Assembly: GCA_958296135.2 (NCBI GenBank)
Contig: CATQHZ020000001.1
Location: forward strand, 3,808,001 to 3,872,000
From: an uncultured Poribacteria bacterium
GTDB taxonomy: Bacteria; Poribacteria; WGA-4E; WGA-3G
Length of the DNA: 64,000 bases
Direction: 5' to 3'
The notes under the pieces are model-generated. The model saw only the letters and a list, made by a program, of their open reading frames with translations, did no database searches and was not told the DNA's origin. Below, in pieces: positions 28,859 to 38,925 of this stretch. Both the position numbers and the translations under genes were made by a program. Within the stretch, counting starts at the first letter, position 1. Each line of letters starts with the position of its first letter.

Positions 28859-29743
28859 TTAAATCCGAATGCCAACATCAATGAGAGCCTTGAATACCAA
28901 GACAGCCCCCAGAATAATCACAACGGCGGCACTGAAAATCGGCAACCGTTTGAGCCAGACACCTTCGCCGGTGAACCGTTCAATAAACGGCTTCGCCACT
29001 ACCATCAGCACGCCGATGGCGACTAACACTGCAGCGAGCCCGAACGAAAACGCGCACAAGATAATGATACCCCACGTCAGTTTGTTGAGGCTGATGGCAA
29101 ACAGCAGTCCCACGAGCGCGTCAACGCACGGCACGATCCCCCCGGAGATGCCAAGTGATAACAGGCCCCAAAAACCGGTCCGCGTTGAAACTTCCGCCGG
29201 CGCGTGCGAGTGGGTGTGCCCATCGCCGTGATGATGGTGGTGGCCATGCGCGTGCCCGTGGTCGTGGCTATGGTCGTGCCCATGTCCGCGCCCACCATAA
29301 TACTGTTTCATATTTTTTGCCAGAAGCCACGCGCCGATGCCGGCAATCAACACACCAGAGAACAGACTGAGCCACGGGACGATGTCCTCTGGCACCAAAT
29401 AATTCTCCGCCAATAGCATCACTATCCCGAGGGCGATGACGCTGAAGGTGTGCGTGAACGTGACTACCAGCCCTAAGAAAACAGCATCGATAATCCTGCC
29501 TTTAGAACCGACTAAATACGCGGCGACAACCGCTTTGCCGTGGCCGGGAGTTAAGGCATGCAATCCACCGAGCACGAATGAGACAACTAAGGCGACGACT
29601 GCCAACTGTAGCGTGAGCGGTTGCGTGATAAATTCTTTCAACCGGTCGCCGGAGTGTTCGTGGCCACTGTCCGCAAACGCCGTAACGCTGCTCATGAGCG
29701 TGACAATAACGAGAATGATAAGACAAGCATAGCGTTTCTTCAA
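28859..29743 (-). CDS. Nickel/cobalt transporter, RcnA/HoxN family
   Basis: HALTPGHGK motif, His-rich loop and GGIVPC. Confidence 0.85.
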   Translation of the reverse strand: MKKRYACLIILVIVTLMSSVTAFADSGHEHSGDRLKEFITQPLTLQLAVVALVVSFVLGGLHALTPGHGKAVVAAYLVGSKGRIIDAVFLGLVVTFTHTFSVIALGIVMLLAENYLVPEDIVPWLSLFSGVLIAGIGAWLLAKNMKQYYGGRGHGHDHSHDHGHAHGHHHHHGDGHTHSHAPAEVSTRTGFWGLLSLGISGGIVPCVDALVGLLFAISLNKLTWGIIILCAFSFGLAAVLVAIGVLMVVAKPFIERFTGEGVWLKRLPIFSAAVVIILGAVLVFKALIDVGIRI

Positions 29744-29803
29744 AACGAATTTCTCCTCAGGTTGCGGGCGGATAGAGACATCCGCCCATACCCTTTGTCT
29801 CCC

Positions 29804-30652
29804 TTAAACGCGCGCGAATTTCTGGAAGCGTCTCTCCGCGATGACTTCGCTGACGTAGATGTCGCCTTTTGAATCGAGCCAGATGCCGTGCGGCGAATCA
29901 CTGAATTGCCCTGGGGCAGTGCCTTTCTCACCCCACTGTCCGATGACTTCGCCATCAAGCGTCATAATGCTGATGCGTTGCCCCGCTTCGGCGATGTGGA
30001 TAATGCTATCGGCATCAATGAACAGATCGTTCGGAGAACGAAGGTCGCGCCATTCGGTGAGGTATTCGCCATTCGCATTGAAAATCTGGCATCGGAGGTT
30101 ACCCCGGTCCAGAATATAGACGCGTTCATTGCTATCAACAGTGACATCGTGCGGGAGGTTGAACTCGCTGGGCCCCGTGCCCGGTGCTCCCCACGAGACG
30201 ATGACATCTCCATCAGCTGTCATGCGATGCACGCGCGACTGTCCGTATCCATCGGAGACATACATCTCACCAGATGCGGAGAGGACAGCGCGCGTCGGTT
30301 CATTAAACGGTGTGCCGGGCGCGCCCGGTCTATTGACGGTGCCGAACGTCTGTAGCAGTTCGCCATTAAGCGAGAACTTGCAGACGGTGTGAGCTACCGT
30401 GTCAGTCGTATAGATTTCATCGTCCGGGCTAATCCAAATGCCGTGAGGTTTCTGGAAAATATCTTTTCCCCATTCCGCGATGAGGGTGCCATCTGCCTCA
30501 AAAACGAGCATAGCGGGTTGTGGACTGCGGTTGTAGACGTAAACCCGGTCGTTCGAGTCACACGCCACGCCGGAAACGAGTCCGAGTTGCGGAATCATTC
30601 CCCAGCCTTCCACTACCTCATATTGATAATCGCCGGTCCCGAAAGTTGCCAT
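29804..30652 (-). CDS. NHL-repeat beta-propeller protein (peptidylglycine alpha-amidating lyase-like)
   Basis: PHGI, FNEPT, DGYG and FNLPH repeats. Confidence 0.85.
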   Translation of the reverse strand: MATFGTGDYQYEVVEGWGMIPQLGLVSGVACDSNDRVYVYNRSPQPAMLVFEADGTLIAEWGKDIFQKPHGIWISPDDEIYTTDTVAHTVCKFSLNGELLQTFGTVNRPGAPGTPFNEPTRAVLSASGEMYVSDGYGQSRVHRMTADGDVIVSWGAPGTGPSEFNLPHDVTVDSNERVYILDRGNLRCQIFNANGEYLTEWRDLRSPNDLFIDADSIIHIAEAGQRISIMTLDGEVIGQWGEKGTAPGQFSDSPHGIWLDSKGDIYVSEVIAERRFQKFARV

Positions 30653-30668
30653 GGTCCTGCCTCCTGCG

Positions 30669-31332
30669 TTAGTTGCATTTGCTGTGTTGCTTCGCGACGA
30701 TAGCCTTCAGAATCTGCACAATGCGTTCGGCATCTGAAACGCTGTTGTATTCCGGCGCGAACGCAATTGTGAACGTCGGTTTTTCGGAGTCGATGTCGCG
30801 AACGATGCCTCGAATGAAAGCCCAGGTAGCCGCGACGGTGTAGCACCCGAAGATTTCCTGTTCGGGATTGTCATCCTTTTTCCAATTGAGCCAGGCGGCA
30901 GCAAGCATTTCACCCAGGAGTTGCACCTCCAGATCGGACGCGTCGATACCACGTTTGGCCTCATGCGCAATCAGATAAGGCGGATGAATCTTCCCACCGA
31001 TGTCAAGGGCAAGCGCGCCATCCGCCTCACCTTCCAAGTGGAAATTGGGATAGACAGCTTTCAGTGGAACGCCTGCCCACGCTTGAATTGCACCCTGTTC
31101 GGCGAGGACTAGCATCGGGTAGATAGCGCGCCCACACCGTCGCCTCGTTCATGACGCTCAAGTGGCGTTGATACCAGATGGATCTCAGATAGTCAATTTG
31201 CCCGAGCTCCGCGGAAGTCAAGGAGACTTCCTGCATCTTCTCCCAGTCTTCGGACACCCCCGCGATTTTGTTCAGAGCCACCAACGTGCTGAGTTTCTCT
31301 TCTGATAATTCTGAGAACCGATAGGTTTGCAT
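30669..31332 (-). pseudogene. PD-(D/E)XK-like hypothetical family, copy 1, frameshifted near 31126
   Basis: The 5' half (MQTYRFSELSEE...NEATVWAR) and 3' half (MLVLAEQG...) are in different frames; 2 nt are missing in a GC dinucleotide run relative to the paralogues. Confidence 0.75.
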
Positions 31333-31360
31333 GGATGAATTCCTCCACTTCTTGCCGAGA

Positions 31361-32011
31361 CTACAAATGCTTGGCAACGATAGCCTTCAGAATCTGCACG
31401 ATGCGTTCGGCATCCGAAACGCCGTTATACGTCCGCGACTTCTCCACGGCGAACGCCGGTTTTTCGGCATCCATCTCGCCGACAACCCCACGAACGAAAG
31501 CCCAACTATCAGCCACCGTATAGCACCCGAAAATCTCGGGTTCGGAGTTGACATCCTTTTTCCAATTGAGCCACGCGGCAGCAAGCATCTCGCCGAGGAG
31601 TTGATACAGCGGGTCCGGCGCGTTCACGCCACGCTTCGCCTCGTGCACAACAAAATAAGGCTGACGCATCCGTCCCAAAATGCACGGGGCGAGTGCACCA
31701 TCCGCCTCACCTTCCAATTGAAACCTGGGATAGGTAGCTTTGAGCGGAACGCCTGCCCACGCCCGAATATGTCCCTGTTCCGCAAGAACTAAAAGCGGAT
31801 AAATGACACGGGACCAGAGGGTGGCTTCGTTCATCGCAATCAACTCAAGCTCTTCCAAACTTGACTTAAAAACGTCAATGCGTCTGCCTTCTTCCCCGGT
31901 GAGGGGTATCTGCATTTTCGCCCAGTCTTCAGACACACCCACCTTTTCGTGCAGTGTCACGAGGGAACCGAGCGTTTCCTCAGACAACTCGGATAAACGA
32001 TAGGTTTGCAT
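31361..32011 (-). CDS. PD-(D/E)XK-like hypothetical family, copy 2
   Basis: EGEADG...VHEAKRG...QLLGEMLAA motif; paralogue of 55328-55984. Confidence 0.75.
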   Translation of the reverse strand: MQTYRLSELSEETLGSLVTLHEKVGVSEDWAKMQIPLTGEEGRRIDVFKSSLEELELIAMNEATLWSRVIYPLLVLAEQGHIRAWAGVPLKATYPRFQLEGEADGALAPCILGRMRQPYFVVHEAKRGVNAPDPLYQLLGEMLAAAWLNWKKDVNSEPEIFGCYTVADSWAFVRGVVGEMDAEKPAFAVEKSRTYNGVSDAERIVQILKAIVAKHL

Positions 32012-32037
32012 GGTTCAGCATCTCCGTTTGTTGCCGG

Positions 32038-32190
32038 CTACAAATGCTTGGCAACGATAGTCTTCAGAATCTGCACGATGCGTTCGGCCTCAAAGATGCC
32101 GTTATATCGCTTTGACAGTTGGACAGCGAACGCCGGTTTCTCAGACGCAATCCCGCTAACAACACCTCGAACAAATGTCCAGTTGTCCGC
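32038..32190 (-). pseudogene. 3' fragment of the same family
   Basis: DNWTFVRGVV...YNG..EAERIVQILK.IVAKHL. Confidence 0.7.
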
Positions 32191-32254
32191 TAGTTTGACA
32201 TTCTGGCGATGCCTTGCAGGGGTGAAGAATGTCCTCCCCGCCGAACATCGCCGA

Positions 32255-33703
32255 TTACAAGATGTTCCTCTCTCCGACAGGTATCTTGGGTAACCGGCCC
32301 TCAAAGTGCTCCTGAATGAGGTAGAATTGGAGACGCGGATAGGCCATGTCCCACACCGGATGCTGCCACATCCCTGCCAAGAGGGCTTCGCGCCGCATGC
32401 CGGGTGTCGGCGGCTTCGTCACAACGAATATTCCCAACTCGGCATCGGCGTTCACCATCGCAGTGCGAAACGCGCGCACCTGGTCCAACGTGAAATTGCC
32501 ACCCTTGACTTGTGCCACCATCTTCCCATAGGCACGCCGGCCTTTCACCTTGCCTATCGGAAAGCGATAGGTGCCGTCAATGCCACCATCTGCCACTTTT
32601 TTCGCGTTCGATTTGAATTGGAGAACGTGCGTGACGCACCATTCCTCAAACTCACGCGGGTTCTCGCGCGCCAGTTGGAGCGCAGTGTCCACATTCTCCG
32701 GCGTGCCGGTGAGGACAATGCTGTCGGTGAGCTGCGGAAAAAACTTCTCCACTTGGAGTTTGACGGCACCCGTCGCAAGATACGTCAGATCGATGCCGAG
32801 CCATCGGCGGTTGAGGGCCTCAGCTGCGATGAGCGTGGTGCCGCAGCCGCAGAAGGGATCGAGCACCAAGTCGCCTTCGTTCGTGGCGGCTTGGATAATC
32901 CGTTTATAGAGCGCAATCGGCTTCTGCGTCGGATAACCAACCCGCTCTTTCGCCTGCGAGTTGAGATAGGAAATTTCCCACACATCCCGCATCGCCTTCT
33001 GCCGACTCGTATCACTCGTGTAGTCCTGCACGATACTGCCACTCGACTCTATCGTTGTCCTTCGTTTCCCTTTGTGCTTGGACTTAGGGCTATAAGGCTC
33101 TGTCAAAGCGTTAAACTGCACAGACGCTCTATCCTTGGCATAAAAGAGGATGATGTCGTGCATCCTTTGAAATCGACTTGTTGCCCCTGTCCATCGTTGA
33201 TAGGACCAGACGATTTCGTTCATGAAGTTCTCCGGTCCAAAAACTGCATCCATCAGGAGTTTCAGGTAGTGACTCGCTGTCGGATCGCAGTGGAGATAGA
33301 CAGACCCGGTTGGTTTGAGGATACGCCGCATCTCCACGAGACGGATAGCCATCATCGTCAGATACGCCAACATCGGCGTGTCCTTCAAAAACAGCGACAT
33401 TCCTTCTATCACCTCCCCGATTTTGCCACCCACATCGCAGATGAGTACCTCGCATGTCTGCGCCGCAGCGGGGCCCCATGTCCACGTATCAGTGAAGGCT
33501 TTGACAAGGGTATCGGGTTCATTGCCATGTTCATCACGATAGGGCACGAAATAGTCGCGCTTGGAATTGAACGGCGGATCCGTCGCTATGAGATCGAACG
33601 TATCATCGGGACATTTGCGCATCTCCTCCAGGTTATCCCCCCGGATGAGCATGCGCCCCTTGTTTAAAATGTCTATGAAAGCAGCATCTATACTATAGTG
33701 CAT
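32255..33703 (-). CDS. N6/N4 DNA methyltransferase with a C-terminal Mrr-like domain, copy A
   Basis: DPPF, YPTQKP and VLDPFCGCGTT motifs; C-terminal D.GIDG...QVKGG. Confidence 0.9.
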   Translation of the reverse strand: MHYSIDAAFIDILNKGRMLIRGDNLEEMRKCPDDTFDLIATDPPFNSKRDYFVPYRDEHGNEPDTLVKAFTDTWTWGPAAAQTCEVLICDVGGKIGEVIEGMSLFLKDTPMLAYLTMMAIRLVEMRRILKPTGSVYLHCDPTASHYLKLLMDAVFGPENFMNEIVWSYQRWTGATSRFQRMHDIILFYAKDRASVQFNALTEPYSPKSKHKGKRRTTIESSGSIVQDYTSDTSRQKAMRDVWEISYLNSQAKERVGYPTQKPIALYKRIIQAATNEGDLVLDPFCGCGTTLIAAEALNRRWLGIDLTYLATGAVKLQVEKFFPQLTDSIVLTGTPENVDTALQLARENPREFEEWCVTHVLQFKSNAKKVADGGIDGTYRFPIGKVKGRRAYGKMVAQVKGGNFTLDQVRAFRTAMVNADAELGIFVVTKPPTPGMRREALLAGMWQHPVWDMAYPRLQFYLIQEHFEGRLPKIPVGERNIL

Positions 33704-33796
33704 TGGGTAGCCCTCCGCTCAAAAATGCAGTTGATGAACAGAACGGCGCGCGTGGTAAGCGACAGGTTTGCATCGTTCAGAACCTCCTCTTTCGGT

Positions 33797-35248
33797 TTAC
33801 AAGATGTTCCTCTCTCCGACAGGTATCTTGGGTAACCGGCCCTCAAAGTGCTCCTGAATGAGGTAGAATTGAAGGCGCGGGTATTCCATGTCCCACACCG
33901 GATGCTGCCACATCCCTGCCAAGAGGGCTTCGCGCCGCATGCCGGGTGTCGGCGGCTTCGTCACAACGAATATCCCGAGTTCTGCATCGGCGTTCACCAT
34001 CGCAGTGCGAAACGCGCGCACCTGGTCCAACGTGAAATTGCCACCCTTGACTTGCGCCACCATCTTCCCATAGGCACGCCGGCCTTTCACCTTGCCTATC
34101 GGAAAGCGATAGGTGCCGTCAATGCCACCATCTGCCACTTTTTTCGCGTTCGATTTGAATTGGAGGACATGCGTGACGCACCATTCCTCAAACTCACGCG
34201 GGTTCTCGCGCGCCAGTTGGAGCGCAGTGTCCACATTCTCCGGCGTGCCGGTGAGGACAATGCTGTCGGTGAGCTGCGGAAAAAACTTCTCCACTTGGAG
34301 TTTGACGGCACCCGTCGCAAGATACGTCAGATCGATGCCGAGCCATCGGCGGTTGAGGGCCTCAGCTGCGATGAGCGTGGTGCCGCAGCCGCAGAAGGGA
34401 TCGAGCACCAAGTCGCCTTCGTTCGTGGCGGCTTGGATAATCCGTTTATAGAGCGCAATCGGCTTCTGCGTCGGATAACCAACCCGCTCTTTCGCTGTCG
34501 GCGGAATGAAATTGATGTCCTCCCATACGTCGTGCATCAACACACCTTCCCGCTGCGTTTCCCGCTTGATATAGCTGCCATCCTCGCCTCTCAACCGGAT
34601 GACCTTGCCATCAACAACACCGCGAACCGTATCTTCAATATACTTCTCGTTGGCATAAGCCTGTAGCGGTTTCGTAAAGAGATACCGGTCCGTTTTTGAA
34701 TACCAAAAGACGATGTCGTGCATCTTCTGAAACTGCTTGGAGGCAGCTGTCCACCTGCGATAATGCCACACAATCTCATTTCTGAAATTCGTCTGGCCGA
34801 AAACAGCGTCCATGATGAGTTTCAGGTAGTGACTTGCTGTCGGATCGCAGTGGAGATAGACAGACCCGGTTGGTTTGAGGATACGCCGCATCTCCACGAG
34901 ACGGATAGCCATCATCGTCAGATACGCCAACATCGGCGTGTCCTTCAAAAACAGCGACATTCCTTCTATCACCTCCCCGATTTTGCCACCCACATCGCAG
35001 ATCAGCACCTCGCATGTCTGCGCCGCGGCGGGGCCCCATGTCCACGTATCGGTGAAGGCCTTGACGAGGGTATCGGGTTCATTGCCGTGTTCATCACGAT
35101 AGGGCACGAAATAGTCGCGCTTGGAATTGAACGGCGGATCCGTCGCTATGAGATCGAACGTCTCATCGGGACATTTGCGCATCTCCTCCAGGTTATCCCC
35201 CCGGATAAGCGCGCGCCCGCTGTTGAAGAGGTTGTGTGTGGACTGCAT
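33797..35248 (-). CDS. N6/N4 DNA methyltransferase with a C-terminal Mrr-like domain, copy B
   Basis: Near-identical to copy A except for the central variable segment and the extreme N-terminus. Confidence 0.9.
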   Translation of the reverse strand: MQSTHNLFNSGRALIRGDNLEEMRKCPDETFDLIATDPPFNSKRDYFVPYRDEHGNEPDTLVKAFTDTWTWGPAAAQTCEVLICDVGGKIGEVIEGMSLFLKDTPMLAYLTMMAIRLVEMRRILKPTGSVYLHCDPTASHYLKLIMDAVFGQTNFRNEIVWHYRRWTAASKQFQKMHDIVFWYSKTDRYLFTKPLQAYANEKYIEDTVRGVVDGKVIRLRGEDGSYIKRETQREGVLMHDVWEDINFIPPTAKERVGYPTQKPIALYKRIIQAATNEGDLVLDPFCGCGTTLIAAEALNRRWLGIDLTYLATGAVKLQVEKFFPQLTDSIVLTGTPENVDTALQLARENPREFEEWCVTHVLQFKSNAKKVADGGIDGTYRFPIGKVKGRRAYGKMVAQVKGGNFTLDQVRAFRTAMVNADAELGIFVVTKPPTPGMRREALLAGMWQHPVWDMEYPRLQFYLIQEHFEGRLPKIPVGERNIL

Positions 35249-35249
35249 T

Positions 35250-37079
35250 TTAAAAGAATCCATTGATGAACAGAACAGCACGCGTCGTATTTGCTTCCTG
35301 AAATCCGGTCGCATACAAGACGTTCGTTTCGTCAAGATAGGTATAGTTATTCGCCCCGAAAAAGTGCGTGATTTCAAAATTTAAGCGGAACGTTCGGCCG
35401 AAATCGTAGTGGATGCCGCCGCCCCAATCAGATAAGTTCGCGCCGAAGTCAAAGACACGGAAGTTTTGACTGTCAAGTGCGGCGTTTCTAAAATCGAGCC
35501 GTACCGTGCTAAAATATGCAAACGCACGTGCTTCTCGGTAACGATAAACATTATGATTCCGAACCCAAATTAAGTCAAGTTGCATTCGGTTATCCCATGA
35601 TGCCTCGGTGGCCCTATCGTCCTGATTGAAGGTGCCGCGGAAGTCCTCAAAATCTTGCGAGCGGTAGTAGTTGGTATCGCTCATCCGGATGTAGGCAAGC
35701 CGATTCGAGAGCGCGAGCCGAAGGTTTTCGTTCAAATCGTAAGCCACGGTAAGTTTCGCATTCGCCATATCGCGGATAATCTCCTGGTCAAAATCGGCCC
35801 TGGTATACAAATCCGCATCCAGATCATCCTGATTGTCTATCTCCACATCCTGCAAGTCGCGAGTGTAACGCAGTTTCAGTTCCGTTTGGAACATCGCGGG
35901 CATCAGCGTCGTCCGCCGCGCATATTTTTTGAAGGTGCGTTCGTCACGATTAAAATAATAGATATTCCCTTTCTTGTCAATTCCTTTCAGTAGGAGTGCC
36001 GCATCCGCTTCCCGTTCTCGCTGGAAGGGGACGAGTAGTTTTTGGGTGAAGTCTCCCGCCGTCGTGAACCTTTGCACGCGTCGGAGGCGATACCGAAAGG
36101 TGCGTCCCTCTGTGGGTAGGAGCATCTTCCCGGCTGTGACACCGGCGTTTAGGAATCGCCTCGGGTCGTCAAGTCGCTGCGGGAGCGTGGAGACGAAATC
36201 CTTTTGATACTTCGCCTTGTCCGCGACGAGGAGCGTTCCGTCTGTCAACGCCGCGATGCGGAATGGCGCGATAAATTGTCCATCCGCGTCGCCATAGTCG
36301 CCAAAAGCGCGCGCAAACGTGCCATCGGCCCCATATTTCAAAACGCGATGTCCCTTTTCATCAACAATATAGAGGTTGCCAGCCGCGTCTACCGTCATAT
36401 CCGCGGGCTGAATCACTTGTCCCGCGCCGGGTTGCGCGATGGCATAGCGGGCAATCGGTTGGCCATCGCTATTCAGTTTGTAAACTACGCCCTTATCACA
36501 AACGTAGAGATTTCCTTCGGCATCCACGCTCAATAAAAAGGAACGCTTCGTGTCGCCGTTTGGGATGATAATAGCGTAGTTGCCCTCGGCATCAAGTCCG
36601 GGGGCAGCGGCTTCAAGGCTTTTCAGTTTCTGGTTCAGAACTTCAAGTGGATAACTGGCGAGAAACGCGCCTTGTGCATCAAATTTGTGGATACCGGGCC
36701 CGTAGTTAAAAATTCTCGGGTTCTCCGTATTCGAGATGTGCATCAACATCCAATCCATGACGTAGATGGCACCATCCACACCGACAGCGATGGCAGTAGG
36801 ATTGATGAAGCGAAACACCCCCGGGTCTTCCATCTGGATGTCAAAGATAAAAGTACCGGTGCTACTGAATTTCTGGATTCTGAAGTTATCAGTATCCGTA
36901 ACGTAGATGGCCCCATCGGGACTGAACGCTATGGACACGGTTTTTGCGAGTTGCCCTTCCTGTTCGCCTTTTCCGCCGAATTCACCGACGAATTCAAACG
37001 TTTGCGCGGCACTCACCCGCAAGGGGATGAGACAGAGTAGGAAAAGCGTTAAGTTTTTTAGTATTGCCTTACGGAGCAT
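35250..37079 (-). CDS. Exported NHL-repeat protein with a probable C-terminal beta-barrel
   Basis: Signal peptide, repeated G.IYVTD..N.RIQKF motifs, terminal Phe. Confidence 0.8.
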   Translation of the reverse strand: MLRKAILKNLTLFLLCLIPLRVSAAQTFEFVGEFGGKGEQEGQLAKTVSIAFSPDGAIYVTDTDNFRIQKFSSTGTFIFDIQMEDPGVFRFINPTAIAVGVDGAIYVMDWMLMHISNTENPRIFNYGPGIHKFDAQGAFLASYPLEVLNQKLKSLEAAAPGLDAEGNYAIIIPNGDTKRSFLLSVDAEGNLYVCDKGVVYKLNSDGQPIARYAIAQPGAGQVIQPADMTVDAAGNLYIVDEKGHRVLKYGADGTFARAFGDYGDADGQFIAPFRIAALTDGTLLVADKAKYQKDFVSTLPQRLDDPRRFLNAGVTAGKMLLPTEGRTFRYRLRRVQRFTTAGDFTQKLLVPFQREREADAALLLKGIDKKGNIYYFNRDERTFKKYARRTTLMPAMFQTELKLRYTRDLQDVEIDNQDDLDADLYTRADFDQEIIRDMANAKLTVAYDLNENLRLALSNRLAYIRMSDTNYYRSQDFEDFRGTFNQDDRATEASWDNRMQLDLIWVRNHNVYRYREARAFAYFSTVRLDFRNAALDSQNFRVFDFGANLSDWGGGIHYDFGRTFRLNFEITHFFGANNYTYLDETNVLYATGFQEANTTRAVLFINGFF

Positions 37080-37194
37080 CGTAGTCCTTTCACCGCCATA
37101 ATGTCGCGGGGCCAATCTCGTCAGAGGGTGTCTATACCGCACTGATAAACCTAGCCACATCTCATTAAATGTGCAAGTATCTGTCCAACGTGGG

Positions 37195-38387
37195 TTAGGC
37201 AGTTGCAAAATGGATGAGGGCTTGGTTCGGTTTGATCTTCCGCCTTCCACGCGTCCAGCCTACTCCCGTAGGTGTTACAGACGCTCCAACGGCGTTTCGG
37301 GTCTCATCCGTGCTGGAAGCGACCTGCTTCAGATTTATCGCGGCGTTCACGTCTCTGTCTGCTTCAAACCCACAGACACCGCAATGATAATGGCGTTCCG
37401 ATAGCGACACCTTCTGCTTAACATAACCGCAAGAACTGCATCGCTTGGTAGACGGCCAGAACCTGTCTGCTTCTACAATGCTAATACCACGTCGCACCGC
37501 CTTATATTTCAGTTTGACGAGAAAACCACCGAGGCTTGCATCGGCAAGTGCCTTGCTAAGCTTGCGGTTTTTCATCAAACCTTTGACGGAGAGGCTTTCT
37601 ATACCGAGAGCAGAGATACCTTGCAGAATGCGATGTGTTGCTTGGTGATGCGCATCGCTACGGATATTCGTGATTCGCATAAGCAAACGTGCTAGCAATG
37701 CCTTCGCCTTCCACCATCCACCTGAGCGGTATTGCTTGCGTGAAAGGCTTTGACTCAGACGTTTCAATTTGCGTTCCTGCGTGCGTAAGGCACGAGGATT
37801 TTCATAAACCGTGCCATCGTCCATCGTGGCGAGGGCAGATATACCGACATCGCAGCCTGCTACGGGCAGGGCTGACGTATCGGGCGGTTCGGGTGCGTCT
37901 ACGTCAAAGAGCATACTGATAAACCACCTGTGAGCTGTCCGTGAAATGACAGCACGCCTGACAGAACCTGTCCAGCGAGACGTATCTTGCCGATTTTCGG
38001 GAGGATGACGTGTGTGCTATCCTCCGATACCTTGACGCTATCCACGCCGTTGTCAATCTGAAACGATGAACGGCTGTTATGCTTCTTCCGCTTCGGGAAG
38101 TTATTCTGTCCCGATTTCCAACGTTGGATAGCGTCATGGAAGTTGTGAATGGCGTTCTTCCCTGCATTTTGTGACAGGTCACAAATGTCGGGGAATACCT
38201 CACGCTTACGTTGATTAAACAGCTTCTTCAAATCGTAAACCGAACGGAATTCGCCTGCTTCGAGACCTGCTTTGAAATCGGAATGTGCTGCATTATAGGC
38301 ATTCCGTGCGAAGTCGCAATGCTGATTGAGCAGCTGCCGCTGCGCCTGAGTCGGTTGAAGTGCTGTCTTGTGGGCTAGAAGTGCCAT
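37195..38387 (-). pseudogene. tnpB: TnpB, frameshifted near 37975
   Basis: Two ORFs (37899-38387 and 37195-37914) are collinear with TnpB at 7595. A short deletion removes HETP of GxxRLHETPRWTG. Confidence 0.88.
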
Positions 38388-38389
38388 CT

Positions 38390-38840
38390 GTGAGTTCCAG
38401 TTCGATTTGCTTTTGCGGATTCGGCGTAGCGCCAGCCGTTTACGTCTTGCGCGAAGACGTGCTGTTTGTTATTACAAACAGCACTACGCCGAATCCGAAA
38501 GGAGGCGTTGTGTGCCGCCGTGAGTGCCTCGATCGGCTTATGCTGGCGGAAACCACTGACGCGGACATAACACATCGGAGGCGCATCGAGGGATTTCAGA
38601 CCATCAGGGCACCTGTGGCGTCGCAGCGAGTGCCACCTTTCGTTTTCCGTGCAGGTAGCAATTCGCCTGTCTCCTCTGCCGATTTTGACGGAGGTTGTTT
38701 GGTACTAAAAACAACCGAAGATGTGTTTTTTGGAAACCTTCGCAAAAAACACTGCGTCAAAATCGGACCACCTACGCAGCGTCTCTCGTGGTGCCGAGTC
38801 ACTCGGCAGCCTCACCCATCTTAACTCTTATGTTTTCCAT
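38390..38840 (-). pseudogene. tnpA: IS607 TnpA (MerR-like HTH plus serine recombinase) remnant
   Basis: Fragments across frames: MGEAAE*LGTT / ETLRRW / EETGELLPARKTKGGTR / CYVRVS...Q. Confidence 0.7.
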
Positions 38841-38925
38841 ATCTCTACGTTATACCCCATTTTTAGAGACACTGCAAATAAAAAATGCAGTTGATGTAGA
38901 GGATGACGGATTTAACCCGATATGT

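Larger units (their letters stand above)
37137..38916 (-). mobile_element. Decayed IS607-family element (tnpA remnant and frameshifted tnpB)
   Basis: Ends shared with the element at 7431-8861; serine-recombinase remnants upstream of tnpB. The left boundary is approximate. Confidence 0.75.

Noticed and set aside
33721-33736. 16-nt identity with 38881-38896 (AAAAATGCAGTTGATG) near the IS607 left end
   Set aside because: About one such match is expected by chance in 64 kb, and the 33721 copy is explained as an NHL-gene 3' remnant.
32306-34666. Long plus-strand ORFs (453 aa and 272 aa)
   Set aside because: They are antisense shadows of the methyltransferase genes and have no motifs.
32255-35248. 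Diversity-generating retroelement or shufflon behind the methyltransferase variation
   Set aside because: There is no reverse transcriptase or invertase nearby, the differences are not adenine-specific, and the copies are direct rather than inverted.
38390-38916. Group I intron (IStron) upstream of tnpB
   Set aside because: I could not identify P7 or other catalytic-core motifs, and the region is explained by tnpA remnants plus palindromes. An Infernal scan would settle it.
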